The position numbers were made by a program, and so were the translations under genes. A stretch of 48,570 nucleotides of DNA, the filler included, from Sphacelaria rigidula (lineage: Eukaryota), in assembly GCA_964200075.2 (NCBI GenBank). It is 3 parts of 3 records of this genome, joined end to end, with 100 filler letters (N's around TTAATTAATTAA, not from the genome) between each part and the next. Parts side by side here need not be neighbours in the genome. Positions count along the whole stretch, not along the records: positions 32,449 to 48,570 come from CAXNAA020001479.1; 2 more parts are not named here. The stretch is one strand, 5' to 3'. Shown piece after piece: positions 36,434 to 48,336 of this stretch. The stretch's first letter is position 1, and the number at the start of each line of letters is the position of its first letter. The notes under the pieces are model-generated. The model was given only the letters and a program-made list of their open reading frames with translations, was not told where the DNA came from and made no database searches.

Positions 36434-37719
36434 CAACATTCCGTTCCAGACAGTACCAGAACTTCCGCAACGGGCGTGTTGACAGTCTGACGACCACGGG
36501 AGTAGTTGTGGTGTCCTTCCGGTATCAACTTGGAAGACGGCCGTTTCTGGTTTGTACGTGAATGTTTTGGTGGTAGACCAGCTTCCACTTCGCCGAGGTC
36601 TTGCGGAATATGTTCAATTTTCCAATACTCTTTGCCCATCTCACACAGTGACACATGATGTAATTATGTACTAGTCTACTATAGTTTCAAGCCAGACACG
36701 GTCAGCAACTGCACCTGCGTGCACAGAGTTGCGTCCGCAGCTCTAAAAACACACTGCCAAATTCAGTCATGACCTCCCGGACCGGGGCAGATTTGAAGTA
36801 GCAACCGCTTGCTATCTGTGAAGTGACGGTCGTCCTTCGCCATCCTGGTTCTTGCGCCACCAATCCACGCCTGCTGTGCTAGGTGTCCGTGCTAATTGTC
36901 ATCACCCCTGTTCCTACGATGGTTTCTGCTCTGGGCACAGTACGTGAAATACTGCGGGACATAGCTGCTTCTACTGTAACGTACAAAATTTAATAAAATC
37001 ACCGGCGCAGAAGCCTTCATATCAGGCGGTGGGTCCATCGATACGGGTTTATTTTCATAGTACAAACACTAATTTCAAGCCATTTGATTCAAATTTTTGA
37101 CCAGTCCCTTTAAGTTTCATAGTACATTTCATGGTACAAACTTGATTTTAGTATAGGTCCGTCACACATGGTTTCGCCGGTCTTGTGGTGCCCGCAGCCG
37201 CAGTGCAGCACCGTGCGGAGGCAGGATGATATCCAAGACGACGGCAGTCTCACGAGCGGTGCTCTGTCTATTGGTATACGGGGTAGTGTACCCAACGTTC
37301 GCTATGAGTGTCACCATGCCCGCGGTATGGTTGCGGTGGCCGGGGTTGGTGTTGCAGTCTCCATTTGCGCTCGAGTTGCTGCTGATCTGCACTGCCTTGG
37401 ATACGGGGCACGATTCAAGATGGCTCCATCGTCGTCCTTGTGTGGTGTTTCATGTTCCTCGACGGAGCATAAACCGAGGAAAAGACTCCACACGCATCAA
37501 TGCATCAATGCTGCTGGCCCCCTTTCATAGGCTGTCGTGGTGTTGTTCTGGATGACTCGCGTTGATCGATGCCGTACAGACATGCATGGTAAGTAAGCAC
37601 GGTGCCAACTGGGTGACCAGCTCTGGCGGATCTTGTTGCGATACAGATACAGTCGGTATCGCGACAGAAAGTTATTGCGGTACAACGCTGGAGACAAGCA
37701 AGCACTCTACACACGGGAC

Positions 37720-39250
37720 ATCAGACAGCCAACGCAACATTGTATCTCTCTTGTGTATACGATCCCGTGTGCTAAAAGGCCGCTTCCTTTCGAAGGTGTA
37801 CGCTTCGCTTGCTTTGCCTTGGTGCCATCTTGGTGTGTGTCAAAATAATATCGATGCTGACTGCACTTTTTTTTTCCAGCTCTCCTCCTTCTGCTGCCCT
37901 GTACTGTAGGAAGCCAACGAAGGGAATCGAAGCCCAGAACAGGCCCGGACAACAAATAACCGAACAGTTCAATCTTGTTGACCTCTATGTGGCAGATAGG
38001 GTTTAAGTAGGGCACGTATCCAGCGAAAATCCCGACAAGAATCATGGAAAACAAGGAAACAATCGATGATTATAGTTCAATTATTCCATAACGACCCGAA
38101 CCTATGAATTCGGTGCCTCACATCATGGCGAGGGAACAACACTGAACTTCAGTTGCATACGCGGCAGCGGTAGTATCTAGAAGGGTTGCAGCAGGTGCAG
38201 GCAAGGATGACCAAATCGCCAGGTAACGCGCTTTCTCAACGGTGAAGATCGACAGGCCGTGCAGTACACCAGTGCATTTTCGTGGATCCTTGAGCTCCAA
38301 GGCTTTCCACTTTACCGGCGTCACACGTGTCTTTCTCACTATTGCATGTCCCCGAGCTAGTTCAGAGAAAATGGTGATGCGAGATTGTCACTTTTGCAGT
38401 CCGGCTCGAAGATTGCCAGGTCTTCTCTTCAACCTTGGGCTGCCAGCGCGAGTCATCTAGGTCTTGGCGTTCATATTACAAGTGAAAAATCGCACGGAGT
38501 CAAGAGATGATTCACCCTTGTGGTCGAAGGGTTAGGTCTTTCAGCGTCTGACGACAAACTGGCTCTTTTTTTCTCCAAGCAGAGGTTCCAAAGAGCTGTT
38601 TTTGATGGATAGAGCAAACAACGGTTTGCTACCAACCGTGAATGGAGCGGTATGCCGTAGTGGATTGGTTGGGTGGTGTTTCAATACTGGACCGGAGGTT
38701 TGCAGAAGTTCCCCCCTCATCCCGACAGCCAACTGAGCTGATGAAACCCGCTGTGAAACACACATAAGCAACACGTGTAGAACCCAGCGGCGAACTTGTC
38801 CTTCCCTCAAACTCTGCGTCCATCAGCGGTTGTTTGTTGCTTAGCCTTTGACATTGTCTACAGTACTCCTCAATCTGCACCGCCAAGCGCTTTATGCTGC
38901 GATCGTATTGGTCAAAACTACCTCGCAAAAAATAAACTGTTGAGCGCCCGGACGGCCAACCAGTGGTCATGTACGCCTACACTATCGCCATTCCTCAAGA
39001 ATCGGGAGAGTATCAGATCTGCCAGATGGCCGCGGGCGGTGAAGGTGTTGAGGTATGACCTCACGTGAGATTTTCACTTCAGCTGTTCGGTTCAAACGTC
39101 GTCATGTGAGCCTTGTGCCCGGTTCAGGGATGGGTATGCGTTTTTGTGCATCAGCCGATGAACCATGTGTACTTGGTGTCATGATGCGTGCTTCGGTGCC
39201 GACCGGGTCAGCCATTCCCGACTTTCGAGATATCGGAGTATCGGCGTGAC
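37720..39250 (-). pseudogene. Possible decayed Ulp1/C48-type protease domain
   Basis: Degenerate motifs occur in the expected order: LRYLESREWLT (~39210), SYLNTF (~39045), KMHWC (~38270) and TQERYN/CCVGCL (~37740). Many stops and frameshifts. Confidence 0.38.
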
Positions 39251-39656
39251 ACCCTCTCTTTGAAGACTCACTCACGTGCCATCACAACAATGCTTGAATG
39301 GGACCAATATTCTCGAGACATGGTATTTTTTTTGGGAGTACCTGTACTTGCGCCGCCGTGGTAAACACCAACTTAGAAAACACGATTTGCAGCCTTGGAC
39401 TTTTTTTTCAATGTACTCTCGGACATCTTTTCTTTCCCCAAGGCCACACTCGTCACCCGCTTTCACTTGAAACCAGAAACATTGTTGTTGTAGATGGGTC
39501 TTTGTGGAGCTATCCCGTTCAAATGGCGCGGACGCGCTGTAACCGCAGATTTTGTGCTTTTTTATCCAACCGTTGTTGTCGGGAAACAACAAGTGTGTAT
39601 TGCAAGTCGCATCACGCGATTTTCATATTGATTCGAAACCATGCCCATGCCCATGC

Positions 39657-39657
<1 letters not shown>

Positions 39658-39725
<68 letters not shown>

Positions 39726-39735
39726 NNNNNNNNNN
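39658..39735. repeat. Poly-C tract running into a 10-N assembly gap
   Basis: 68 C followed by 10 N. A second C-run lies at ~39807-39827. Confidence 0.95.
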
Positions 39736-40149
39736 GAAAACAAAAATTTTGAATGGCACCCCCCATCCGGCGTTTTCCATATTGTTTCAAAACCTACCCC
39801 CACCCCTCCCCCCCCCCCCCCCCCCCCTCCACCCTCCCAGCCAGACACGTTGTCCGCCCTCGTCAGCTAACAAATGTCTGTCAAATAGGGGCGAACTGAA
39901 GAAAGTACTCAAACAATCAGAAATACGGTAATATTGAACGCAACGATTCAACCCCGATACCCGAGCATGCTAATTGTCGGAAGGTAACAACTTCGCAATA
40001 TCCCCGCAATGGAACACATTTATCAACGGGCACTAGAATCCGGACAGACACCCGTACCCATTTTCCGACAAATTGAAAGCATGGCGCTATGTGTACCTAC
40101 ATGAGCACTTCAATCACGTACACGGCGAAACGTAATTTTCCTCGTGCGT

Positions 40150-40465
40150 CCTGGAATTTTTTTCACATAGTGGCTAACAGTGGACAGGGACTACGGCGTG
40201 GGTACAGGAGATATGACTTCACCGTCGACGAGGGAAAGGGACCACTGAACCCTTCTCGCGATGAAGAAGGAAGGTGAAAGGCTGAACACGTGACATAATG
40301 TTGGAAAAAAGAAAGGAGAAAAAAACTCTGCGTTCACTTCCCTCCTGTGTGACCCCGGTTGATGCGCCCACATAAACCCAAAGGTGTAGACTGGCATCCA
40401 GAATAGATGGAGTGACGACACGCACGCACGCACAACACAACACAAGTCAACTCATCACACACACA
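40150..40465 (+). mobile_element. 5'-truncated SINE family A copy
   Basis: Homologous to 13245-13545, including gtcgacgagggaaaggga, cctgtgtgaccccgg and the CA-rich tail. Confidence 0.82.
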
Positions 40466-40899
40466 AGCGTTTTCCTCGTAATCAGCACATTTTATACGTG
40501 ACCGGAGCATTTCATGAACACCTTCAAAGCTCGTGTACTTGCTTGTGACGACGCAAACGTAAAAGTCGTCAAAGCTCAGCCTCGAAACTGACGGGTATAC
40601 AAACAAGATTTTGCTCCAAACATTACCATACCTGTCGGGAGCCGACCCCTCAACCTTCCACCCTGACTTGGAGCGACTGTATTTTTTCTACTCCACCGGG
40701 GGGCGGCGGTCACAATTGATGGACTGATTAATTGACTGATCAATTAATTGGTTGATTGATTGATTGATTGTCGTACTTCAACCGATACAACGGGACGATC
40801 TGCGTGGGAAATGTGCAGTTGAGGCTGCCGCTCGCTTACCTGTCGCCCGCTCGGGTTTCGAATTGAACGACAGTTGCACCGGCTGTTCGGGGGAGTCCT

Positions 40900-43030
40900 A
40901 GAACCTAGTCTTGGTGGAGAGACAGTGCTTGCATGGAAACGGGGAGGCATGGGCCCGAGAAAGACCGTGCCACACTTGTACCGTGCCATATTCCTCTTGT
41001 GCCTGAGCCACAACCACACACACGTACACTGTAAAGCGTGAATTCCGTCCATAAGCGGTAATCGTCACACAATCGTGCATGTAATCATTCATGCAAGCAC
41101 AGCCAATACTTTTTTTCCAAGGCCATACTTGTGGCGCAACTGAATGGCACAGGCGGGTGTCTTGCCCAATCCGTCGTCAGAAACCATGTTTTCATCACAT
41201 GCTATTCCGTTGTCCACACCCTGACTTCCACCCATTGAACGCCGGTAAATGGACACCTGATGAAGGTGCACCTGAGTATGACGGTCATTTCTCCAAGTGA
41301 GATTGGTGGCGATATAACAGAGGGACACCCGTACCTGGGAGGTTGAAGATTCGACCCAAACCCCAGCTCGAACCCACACCTACGGCATACTTAGAGCGCT
41401 TGGGAAAGGGTGCTCAGTACATGAGTGCCTCAGCAAAGTTTGCGTTGGCAGAGCTCACACCAGCACCGGAAACGCATGCTGGGCAAGCTGGCAAGCACAT
41501 CATACTGTTGATCTTTACCAAATCTCTGAATCTCAGTATCCTCACTGAAACCAAGCACCTTTTTGCAACCGTGGTTATTTGGTCGCGACCTGCTGTAAAC
41601 TCTCACCAGAATGACTTTGTCGTACGTGCAGGCGAAAAAGCGTGCCCAGAAAAAATACATGTGGCACAATTGGATAATTGCAAATATAAAGAGCGGATGG
41701 TCACTGTTCGAGGTCTGCCAACGCGCCCTTGCCTAGAGCACCCCTTGCTCGAGCTTCCGCTGTGGTTGGGGTTAGGATTGTGGCTATCATAGGGTCGTTA
41801 TTGCCTAGCACGAAGATAGTCATGTGCTGTGAGTTGACAGGTCGGCTGTACGGTGCAAGTTGGCCTGTGTGCTGCTTGCTGCTGTACCGTCCAGCACAGT
41901 ATTGTACGCAGATCCCACAAAAGCAAGCAGAGGTACCGCTTCAATAGGGTGATCACGGTTGAAGTGGCCATCCGGCGATAGCCAGCCGCTCGTTGTGTTG
42001 AGCCAGTATCCAAGGGTGCACACAAGTTTGAGGATGCAATCACGCTGCACGGATGGTTTTTCCGAAGCGTTCCCACCTCTGTGTCAACCATTACAAAGAG
42101 TTTGCTACTGTGTGCTGCGCTGGACGCCAGGCTTGGCTAAAGAGTTAGTTGTGCTAAAGTCTTCGAGAAAACCCAAACGGTTTTATTGCTCACCTTTTAT
42201 GCCCGCCTGGCGTCCGTCTACGCGCCTACACAAAACACCATCCTCCGAAGAGCTGCGGGGCTGACTTGTCAGTAGGCAAAAATAAGCCGGAACAATGAGT
42301 ATGGACGCTAAAAAAATGGGATTTTGACTGCTGGAGTAGCCGCACTCAAAACAAAGTTCAACACACCAAGTGATGCATGGGCAAACATGGGCTCGAATTG
42401 AATGTATTTTTGCGGTCAAATGGTCCTGTACTTCTTCTTCGAGGCTTCTGAGCACCTTCCGTACGTGAGTGTACCCAGTTGTGTCACGTCGAGAGCATGT
42501 TATTGCTGGTCATGGGACCCCGGTTGTCGAGTGTGTCCACGGCACCGACGCATAGAATCAGCATGAGGAATGTCTCGACGCGGGGACGATGGCAGACTAT
42601 GAAATTTCCCCCCTGTTTTCTGTATACGTAGTGACGTCGTCCGTTGTTGTGAACCTAGAACGGCTGGCATCACCTCCGTTACTGCGACAATTCTCGGGAA
42701 CTTTAACGGCATTCCCATTTGTTATTTTGCCCCATCTACAAAATGCGGTACGATCTTTTTTGATCCCCAGATCACAGGATTGATAAAACAACCAGCGCTT
42801 TTCTCGTACGTGCGAGGGCAAGCAAGTGCTCAAATGGAGATCTGTTTTTTTAAATTTTTTGCGTGTTTTGGAACTCTCATCGTGGACAAGGTACACATAG
42901 GCAGATGGATGTCTGCACTTGGGGAACCCTTGAAGAGAGCTTTCATTCCATATAGATTTGGACCACTGAGGCGTTGGACTACCACAGATGAAAACCTAAA
43001 GGTCCCTCGGGAGTATATGATCTCACCAGA
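40900..43030 (-). pseudogene. Decayed Mutator-like (MULE) transposase
   Basis: Degenerate motifs in order: N-terminal KCRHP...FKKTDLHLSTC, RAHVCP..., SWIM-like CDENMVSDDGL..PACAIQLRHK followed by NDYMHDCVTITAY, then a basic RHKR and knuckle-like CKHC. Heavily disrupted. Confidence 0.45.
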
Positions 43031-43157
43031 GTGATAGCTGCTACCTTGACGCTGTGCTACGACGCTCCACTAGAGAGAGTGGCGGCATTTATTTTGCACA
43101 AGACGAGTTTTTCGACCTAGACGAACGGAAGTTGACCCATCTATTTTCACCATTCTC

Positions 43158-43783
43158 TAGAGTTGGGGACTGGACCAGTATCTATTGACAGTATTCCTGT
43201 ACTGGCAGATTTCCTGTACTGCATCAGAGGCTGCCAGTACAACCAGTACATACCCATCTTACCTACGTCCTATATTATGCCTCCTAAACCATATGGAAAC
43301 CCACCGAAACTGCGCCGCATGAGAGGCAGGAGAGGAGGGAGGTTGAGAACAGGGCACACACACACTAGAGGGAGACCACAAAATCGATGAACCAATATGT
43401 CACTAGCAGCAGCAGCCCGCCCGCTTCAGACCCGAGCCCGGGGCCTCAGATCCCTGAACCCGCCGCGGTTTCCAGCGAATCACGATTGTTGAAGTTTCTC
43501 TCTGGGTATACTAACAACTATTTGAAGAAGAAACATTTTCACACCCAAGCAGGCATCATCGAAGTGGCCCAAAATCACCCAAAAAAGATCTTCTAGTGAA
43601 GCCAAATTGGGTAAAAATACGCCTCCGGCAGGGCGCCTCCAGCGGGGCCCCCTCACCAGCCGGGGGGGGGGCGGTGGTCGCGGCTGCACCGCGACACCAA
43701 TGTACTGATAGGACCCAGTGAACTGGCTGCGGAGAGCAGCCAGTTTACCTGGTACTGGTACGTAGCGCCAGTCTCAAACCTCA
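43158..43783 (+). mobile_element. hAT-like non-autonomous element with CCAGTA/TACTGG subterminal repeats
   Basis: TIRs tagagttggggactgg / ccagtctcaaacctca. The 8-bp flanks ccattctc / tcattttc match at 6/8. Confidence 0.62.
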
Positions 43784-43968
43784 TCATTTTCATAGTTTCT
43801 TTTTTTTTCCCGCTCTGCCGAGTAAATGCTTTACATGACGTGCAATGTAGGCTTCACGAGGAAAGCATCTCCAACATTTCGAATTAATGAAATAATAACT
43901 GTGAATATCTGGAGAATATATATTGACTGCGGTGGCACCAATAGATGATGACACGTAACAGTTGATAT

Positions 43969-43971
<3 letters not shown>

Positions 43972-44000
<29 letters not shown>
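43972..44000. repeat. (AT)n microsatellite
   Basis: About 14 AT units. Confidence 0.97.
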
Positions 44001-44003
<3 letters not shown>

Positions 44004-45152
44004 ATGCATGTATCAGCAGGCATGCGAACGATCGGGTTCTCGTCGGACGTTGCTGACGTGGGCACCGAAGCTGGAGGCGAAAGAAGCTCAAGAAGGTGGA
44101 TGAGAAGATGGGGACGGATAAGGCAACGTGGATACGGTGCCAAAAAGTCGAGATCAAGAGCTTAGCTTGGATGAGGACACGATGGAGATGCTGACCGAGA
44201 TGGATGAAGAGGTAATTGGAATTCCACGTATGTGTCGTACAGTGCCGCCGCATCCCAGTGGCTTACCCTCAACCGATGCAAAACATCTACAGCCGGTTCG
44301 ACCTGACGCTTGGGGGGGGAGGGTTGACGTAGGACTGTTGTGTTTGTTTCAAGATGTTGTGGCTCCTATTATTGGGAATGTGAGGAAACGAGTAGCGAAA
44401 TAAAAATTGACGAGAGTCAAGGCGGTGTGGGAGTGCCGATCCAATCCGCGATATCAAAATACAAGGCAGGTTACCAAGGGGAAGAGAAGTATTGATCCCT
44501 TGATGGAGAGGGGCGACGGACTTGTCCCAAGGGAGGGGAGGAATTCATGAAAGTGCCTTATGAGTGTACCCGTAGTGTACATTCTCTCTTTGTAGACGTC
44601 GATAGTTGTGGAGATCCCGTACCTCGTCTGCGAACGTTTTGAGGGTGTACCGTTTGCAGTAGAAATACCATCGTCGCCGTGTGTAATGTGCTGTGCAATG
44701 AGAATAGTTTACTGTTGTTCACACTACTCTGTTGTTCACACAACGATACCACAACGTCCGTACACTGCAGTACAGTTAAGGCCGATTTCGGGCACTATAT
44801 ATCGGGAAAATGGAGGGACCAACTACACCATCAGTTGAATGCAGAAGAAAAGGAACCTGAATGGGCCAATCAGTATCAATCACAAGTACACGCGTCACTC
44901 GAAATGACGACGATGCTCATACAAAATGTACTACTACTAGAGTAAATCCTACAAAAAACCTGTGACTGACTTTGCTGTACACCTGTACAAAAGGTTACAA
45001 CGACAGGAGGATAGAAGCTGCTGCTCGTGTTCTTGTTGTGCACCTCTTGTTGCAGTATGTTGTTGTGCCTATCTTTCAACGCAGTTTCCTCGGCAATGAA
45101 ACAGAGGATTGGACTGCGGTTTGATGCGTGCGCTTCCCACACACCAGAACTA

Positions 45153-46384
45153 CGCGCTGGGCCAGCCTAAACACGGATTTAAGCTCTTGAAGCAATATCT
45201 CGTCGGCACTGATGAGTTGGGCCAAGACCTTGTATAAATCGCCTAACCGAGGGGAAGGTGCCCATCTGCTCAAGAGTTTGGGCCCATTTTTTCTCGTTGA
45301 CTAAACCCCATGTCTAGTCATTCCTATACCTAACGGAGATAGCGTCCATAATGAAATCTCTATGAAACCCCCGATCGATGCATTCAGCAGATGGCAACGA
45401 AATTTTGGTGTGGACATTCCCTGGAGTACGGGTAGACAAAATATACCCTCACCTTCACATTATTCGTAATCTATCTCGAGATATGGCGCACATAAGTTTC
45501 CATACTAAAATCAGTATATTACGAGCAGAGGCACCGGATGAACTAAATCTGGATATCGCGTCGCAGTTTTTGACAGTCATGCTATGAAATTTCGTAGGGA
45601 GAACCGCTAGTGCATAGCAAATATGAAAAAAAAAAGAGCTTTCTCAATATTTTCGTTTTGTTTCATTTTTTCGGGTTTTCGGGGCAGTTTTGAGGAGATA
45701 TGAACTCTGCTCTTGGGCCTTATCTCAATTATTTAGCTCAACTTTTAGAATTGTGATTTGAAACTCAGGATAAATAACCACAGAGGTATGCTGGGAAAAA
45801 AAAAATGGGCCCTCAGTTTTTTTTTCTTCTTCTGGGAGAGGTTCGGGCGTTCTGGTAAAAAAATGGTCGTTTCCATCCTAAAACGCCCTAAACCAGTGAA
45901 AAAATAAAACAAAATCTGCCTAACCTACTTTGTTACGTCAATTATGACCTAGCCACGGCCCACACAGAGTTTCAATACACAAACACCGAACGTGGGCCGG
46001 TAAGTAGCGTGCAAAATACTGTTCCGAATTTTTCTGACCCCGTCACTAAACGTCTCATTCACCGGCCAATATTTTGAGTTGGACCCTGAAATTTGGTGTG
46101 GACAATGAATTGGGCATAATAAAAACAAGTACCAGTGCACACAAGGGTTTCTATTTTTTTTCTCACGAGTTGAGGGCAATAATCCGTTTTCAGGTATCAG
46201 TAACAGTCAGTATCAGTAAAATGCCCTCAACTCATAAAATAAAATAAAAACCCTTGTGTGCACTGGTATTTGTTTTTATTATGCCCAATTCATTGTCCAT
46301 ACAAAATTTCAGGGTCCAACTCTAAATATTGGCCGGTGAATGGGCCTGCAAACTACAAATTCGCTTCTCGGCTGGCCCAGCTCG
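45153..46384 (-). mobile_element. TA-target DNA transposon, complete copy in the opposite orientation
   Basis: TA|cgcgctgggccagcc...ggctggcccagctcg|TG, with reverse-complement similarity to 6535-7636 and 15063-16124. Confidence 0.86.
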
Positions 46385-46614
46385 TGGTCAGTGTGGCGGC
46401 GGATTTCCGTAACGCGTGCCACAGAGGCCGCAGCACTTTGCAAACCGTTGCACCAAACACAAAACGTACTGAAAGAAGCGTTTCCTTCAACGTTCTGGGG
46501 CTTTTCAGATCCGCTGCGGCGAATTGAGCAACTCCGTGGCTACACCGACTAGGTGTAGTGTGTGTGCGGGGGACTGGTTTGCTTCCTACCTCGAGAAAAA
46601 CGCGATGAAAAATT

Positions 46615-47510
46615 CACAGGTCGGACGAGGCATTACTCATTTAGACGAGTGCACTCGTGGGTGTTTTTCCAGCGGCAGGTGTCCATTTGTGTTATTTTCA
46701 AGTAAAATAATCAATGCGGCCCCTGCAGCATCATCTTCACGAAAAAAAATACAAGCGGCACCTACCGCAAACACACGGTCGTGGGGAAATGGGTCTCAAG
46801 CGGAATACGTACCCCTTTTCAAATCGATCATTACTCTGCAAGAATGGGAGCGCAAATACCTACCTAGACGAGACAACCATGGCTCCGTCCACCACAAAAC
46901 AATTCAGAAAATTAACCACCAACGGATATCTGTCAAGGTGTCTATAGCTAAGCTTCTTCTGCCCCCGCCCTGACCCCTGGGGTGTCCGCCCCTGACAGAA
47001 CTACATCTCTCTCGTCTTCGGCTCCCGCGACGATGGATACATCCAAGTCGTCAAGTTCCGCCAGTTGTGCAGGCAAGTAAATTGAACAGAGCTGTCTTTG
47101 CGGTTGACACTACTTGTACATGTGTGTGCAGATATGGATATGAACTTGAAGATTCTTGGTTCAAGAATCATCAAAGAACTCATCATTATAATTATTTGCT
47201 CGTCGGATTGCTGACTCCTCGACTGGAGTCGTTCATCACACGCAATGACTCGAGTGCTCGCCTTATTAATTTTTTCCACAACGAGCAATGGCTCGAGTGC
47301 TCGCCCTATTATTTTGTCCTCCAACGAGCAATGACTCGAGTGCTCCCTATTCATTTGTTTCCCCAACGAGCAATGACTCGAGTGCTCGCCCGATTCATTT
47401 TTCCCCAACAAGCAATGACTCGAGTGCTCGCCCTATTCATTTTTACGGCCAACGAGCAGCCCAACGTGTGCGAGTGCCCACGAGTCACACTCGTGCTCGT
47501 CCAACGTATG
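46615..47510 (+). mobile_element. hAT-like internal-deletion derivative with CACACGTCGGA-type termini
   Basis: TIRs cacaggtcggacgag / ctcgtccaacgtatg. The TSD gaaaaatt / gaaaattt matches at 7/8. Internal relics read NYISLVFGSRDDGY and YLLVGLLTPRLE. Confidence 0.72.
47243..47457 (+). repeat. ~42-bp tandem repeat, 5 copies (subterminal array of the 46615 element)
   Basis: The unit aacgagcaatgactcgagtgctcgccctattcatttttcccc occurs at ~47243, 47280, 47323, 47365 and 47407. Confidence 0.92.
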
Positions 47511-47795
47511 GAAAATTTAGCCTCAAGGGACCGTTCCAGAATATGTAGGGGCCCCGAACAGTTTACCCACCCGGAGGAATTTTGGAGGTAGTCAAGTGGC
47601 CGCGTGTGATCGTAACACACGGCACCGTCGCTGAATGAAGAAAGAAAATGAAAAGAAAATGAAAAGAAAATGTACTGCACATCATACGCCGGAGTATAAT
47701 CTTAACAACAGACGAAAAAAAGAATCTATTATGGAGATTCAAACTCATGATCTCCATACCAACCTGGAGTCTCATGTGTCACGTGGATTACATTA

Positions 47796-47904
47796 TTGGG
47801 AACCCGTTGAGGATTTTGTTTTTTGCGAATCGGCATCATTTTGACTTGGAAATGACTGAAAATGATGCCGATTCACAAGAAGAAAAATCGTCAATGGGTT
47901 CCAA
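47796..47904. repeat. ~110-bp hairpin (MITE-like)
   Basis: ttgggaacccgttgaggattttg...gaatcggcatcatttt is inverted to aaaatgatgccgattc...aaaatcgtcaatgggttccaa. Confidence 0.75.
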
Positions 47905-47932
47905 GAGGATTAGCTCTTAGGCCAACTCTTAA

Positions 47933-48033
47933 ACCTTCGACAGCGAGAGCAGGTCATCTGTTCAATCGGCATTGATTTCACTTGAAAACAGTACGCATGG
48001 TGCAGGTGGACTACCCTCCTCGCGGTCTAAGGG
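47933..48033. mobile_element. piggyBac-like MITE
   Basis: TTAA|accttcgacagcgag...ctcgcggtctaaggg|TTAA. Confidence 0.8.
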
Positions 48034-48239
48034 TTAAGGGAGCGTTTAGAATTTTATTTTACAATAATTTTACACGACTTTTTTTTTTCTTTGGCGTAGT
48101 TATGTATTTTGTGCCCGTTCGCCATGATGACAAAGAAGAAGAAAAAACTCCTCTGAAAGTGTTGCAAAAAAAAATCCAAACGCCCCCATAAGAGTTGGCC
48201 TTAGACCACGGTGCGGGTAGTCCATCTGGATACTTTTAA

Positions 48240-48336
48240 CCCTTAGACCGCGAGGTTAGTCTTGTGTTGAATCGGAATCAATTTCAAGTAAAAAATGTAT
48301 GCATGATCCAGCAAGCCTAATCTCGCGGTCCAAGGG
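48240..48336. mobile_element. piggyBac-like MITE
   Basis: TTAA|cccttagaccgcgag...ctcgcggtccaaggg|TTAA. Confidence 0.85.

Noticed and set aside
38735..38795. Hammerhead-like CTGATGA...GAAAC...GTA
   Set aside because: Stems I and II do not pair.
39298..39931. Poly-Pro and poly-Gly ORFs
   Set aside because: These are translation artefacts of a poly-C tract beside an assembly gap.
41255..41285. CTGATGA followed by the palindrome AGGTGCACCT as a minimal hammerhead
   Set aside because: It lacks the GAAA core and lies within the transposase relic.
45378..45587. Similar short ORFs in copies of the TA element (also 15806-16000 and 7291-7572)
   Set aside because: Frames and stops differ between copies and there is no transposase motif. 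The similarity simply reflects DNA homology.
47243..47457. 42-bp repeats with a palindromic core as a CRISPR array
   Set aside because: The intervening sequences are homologous to one another, no cas genes are present, and the context is eukaryotic.
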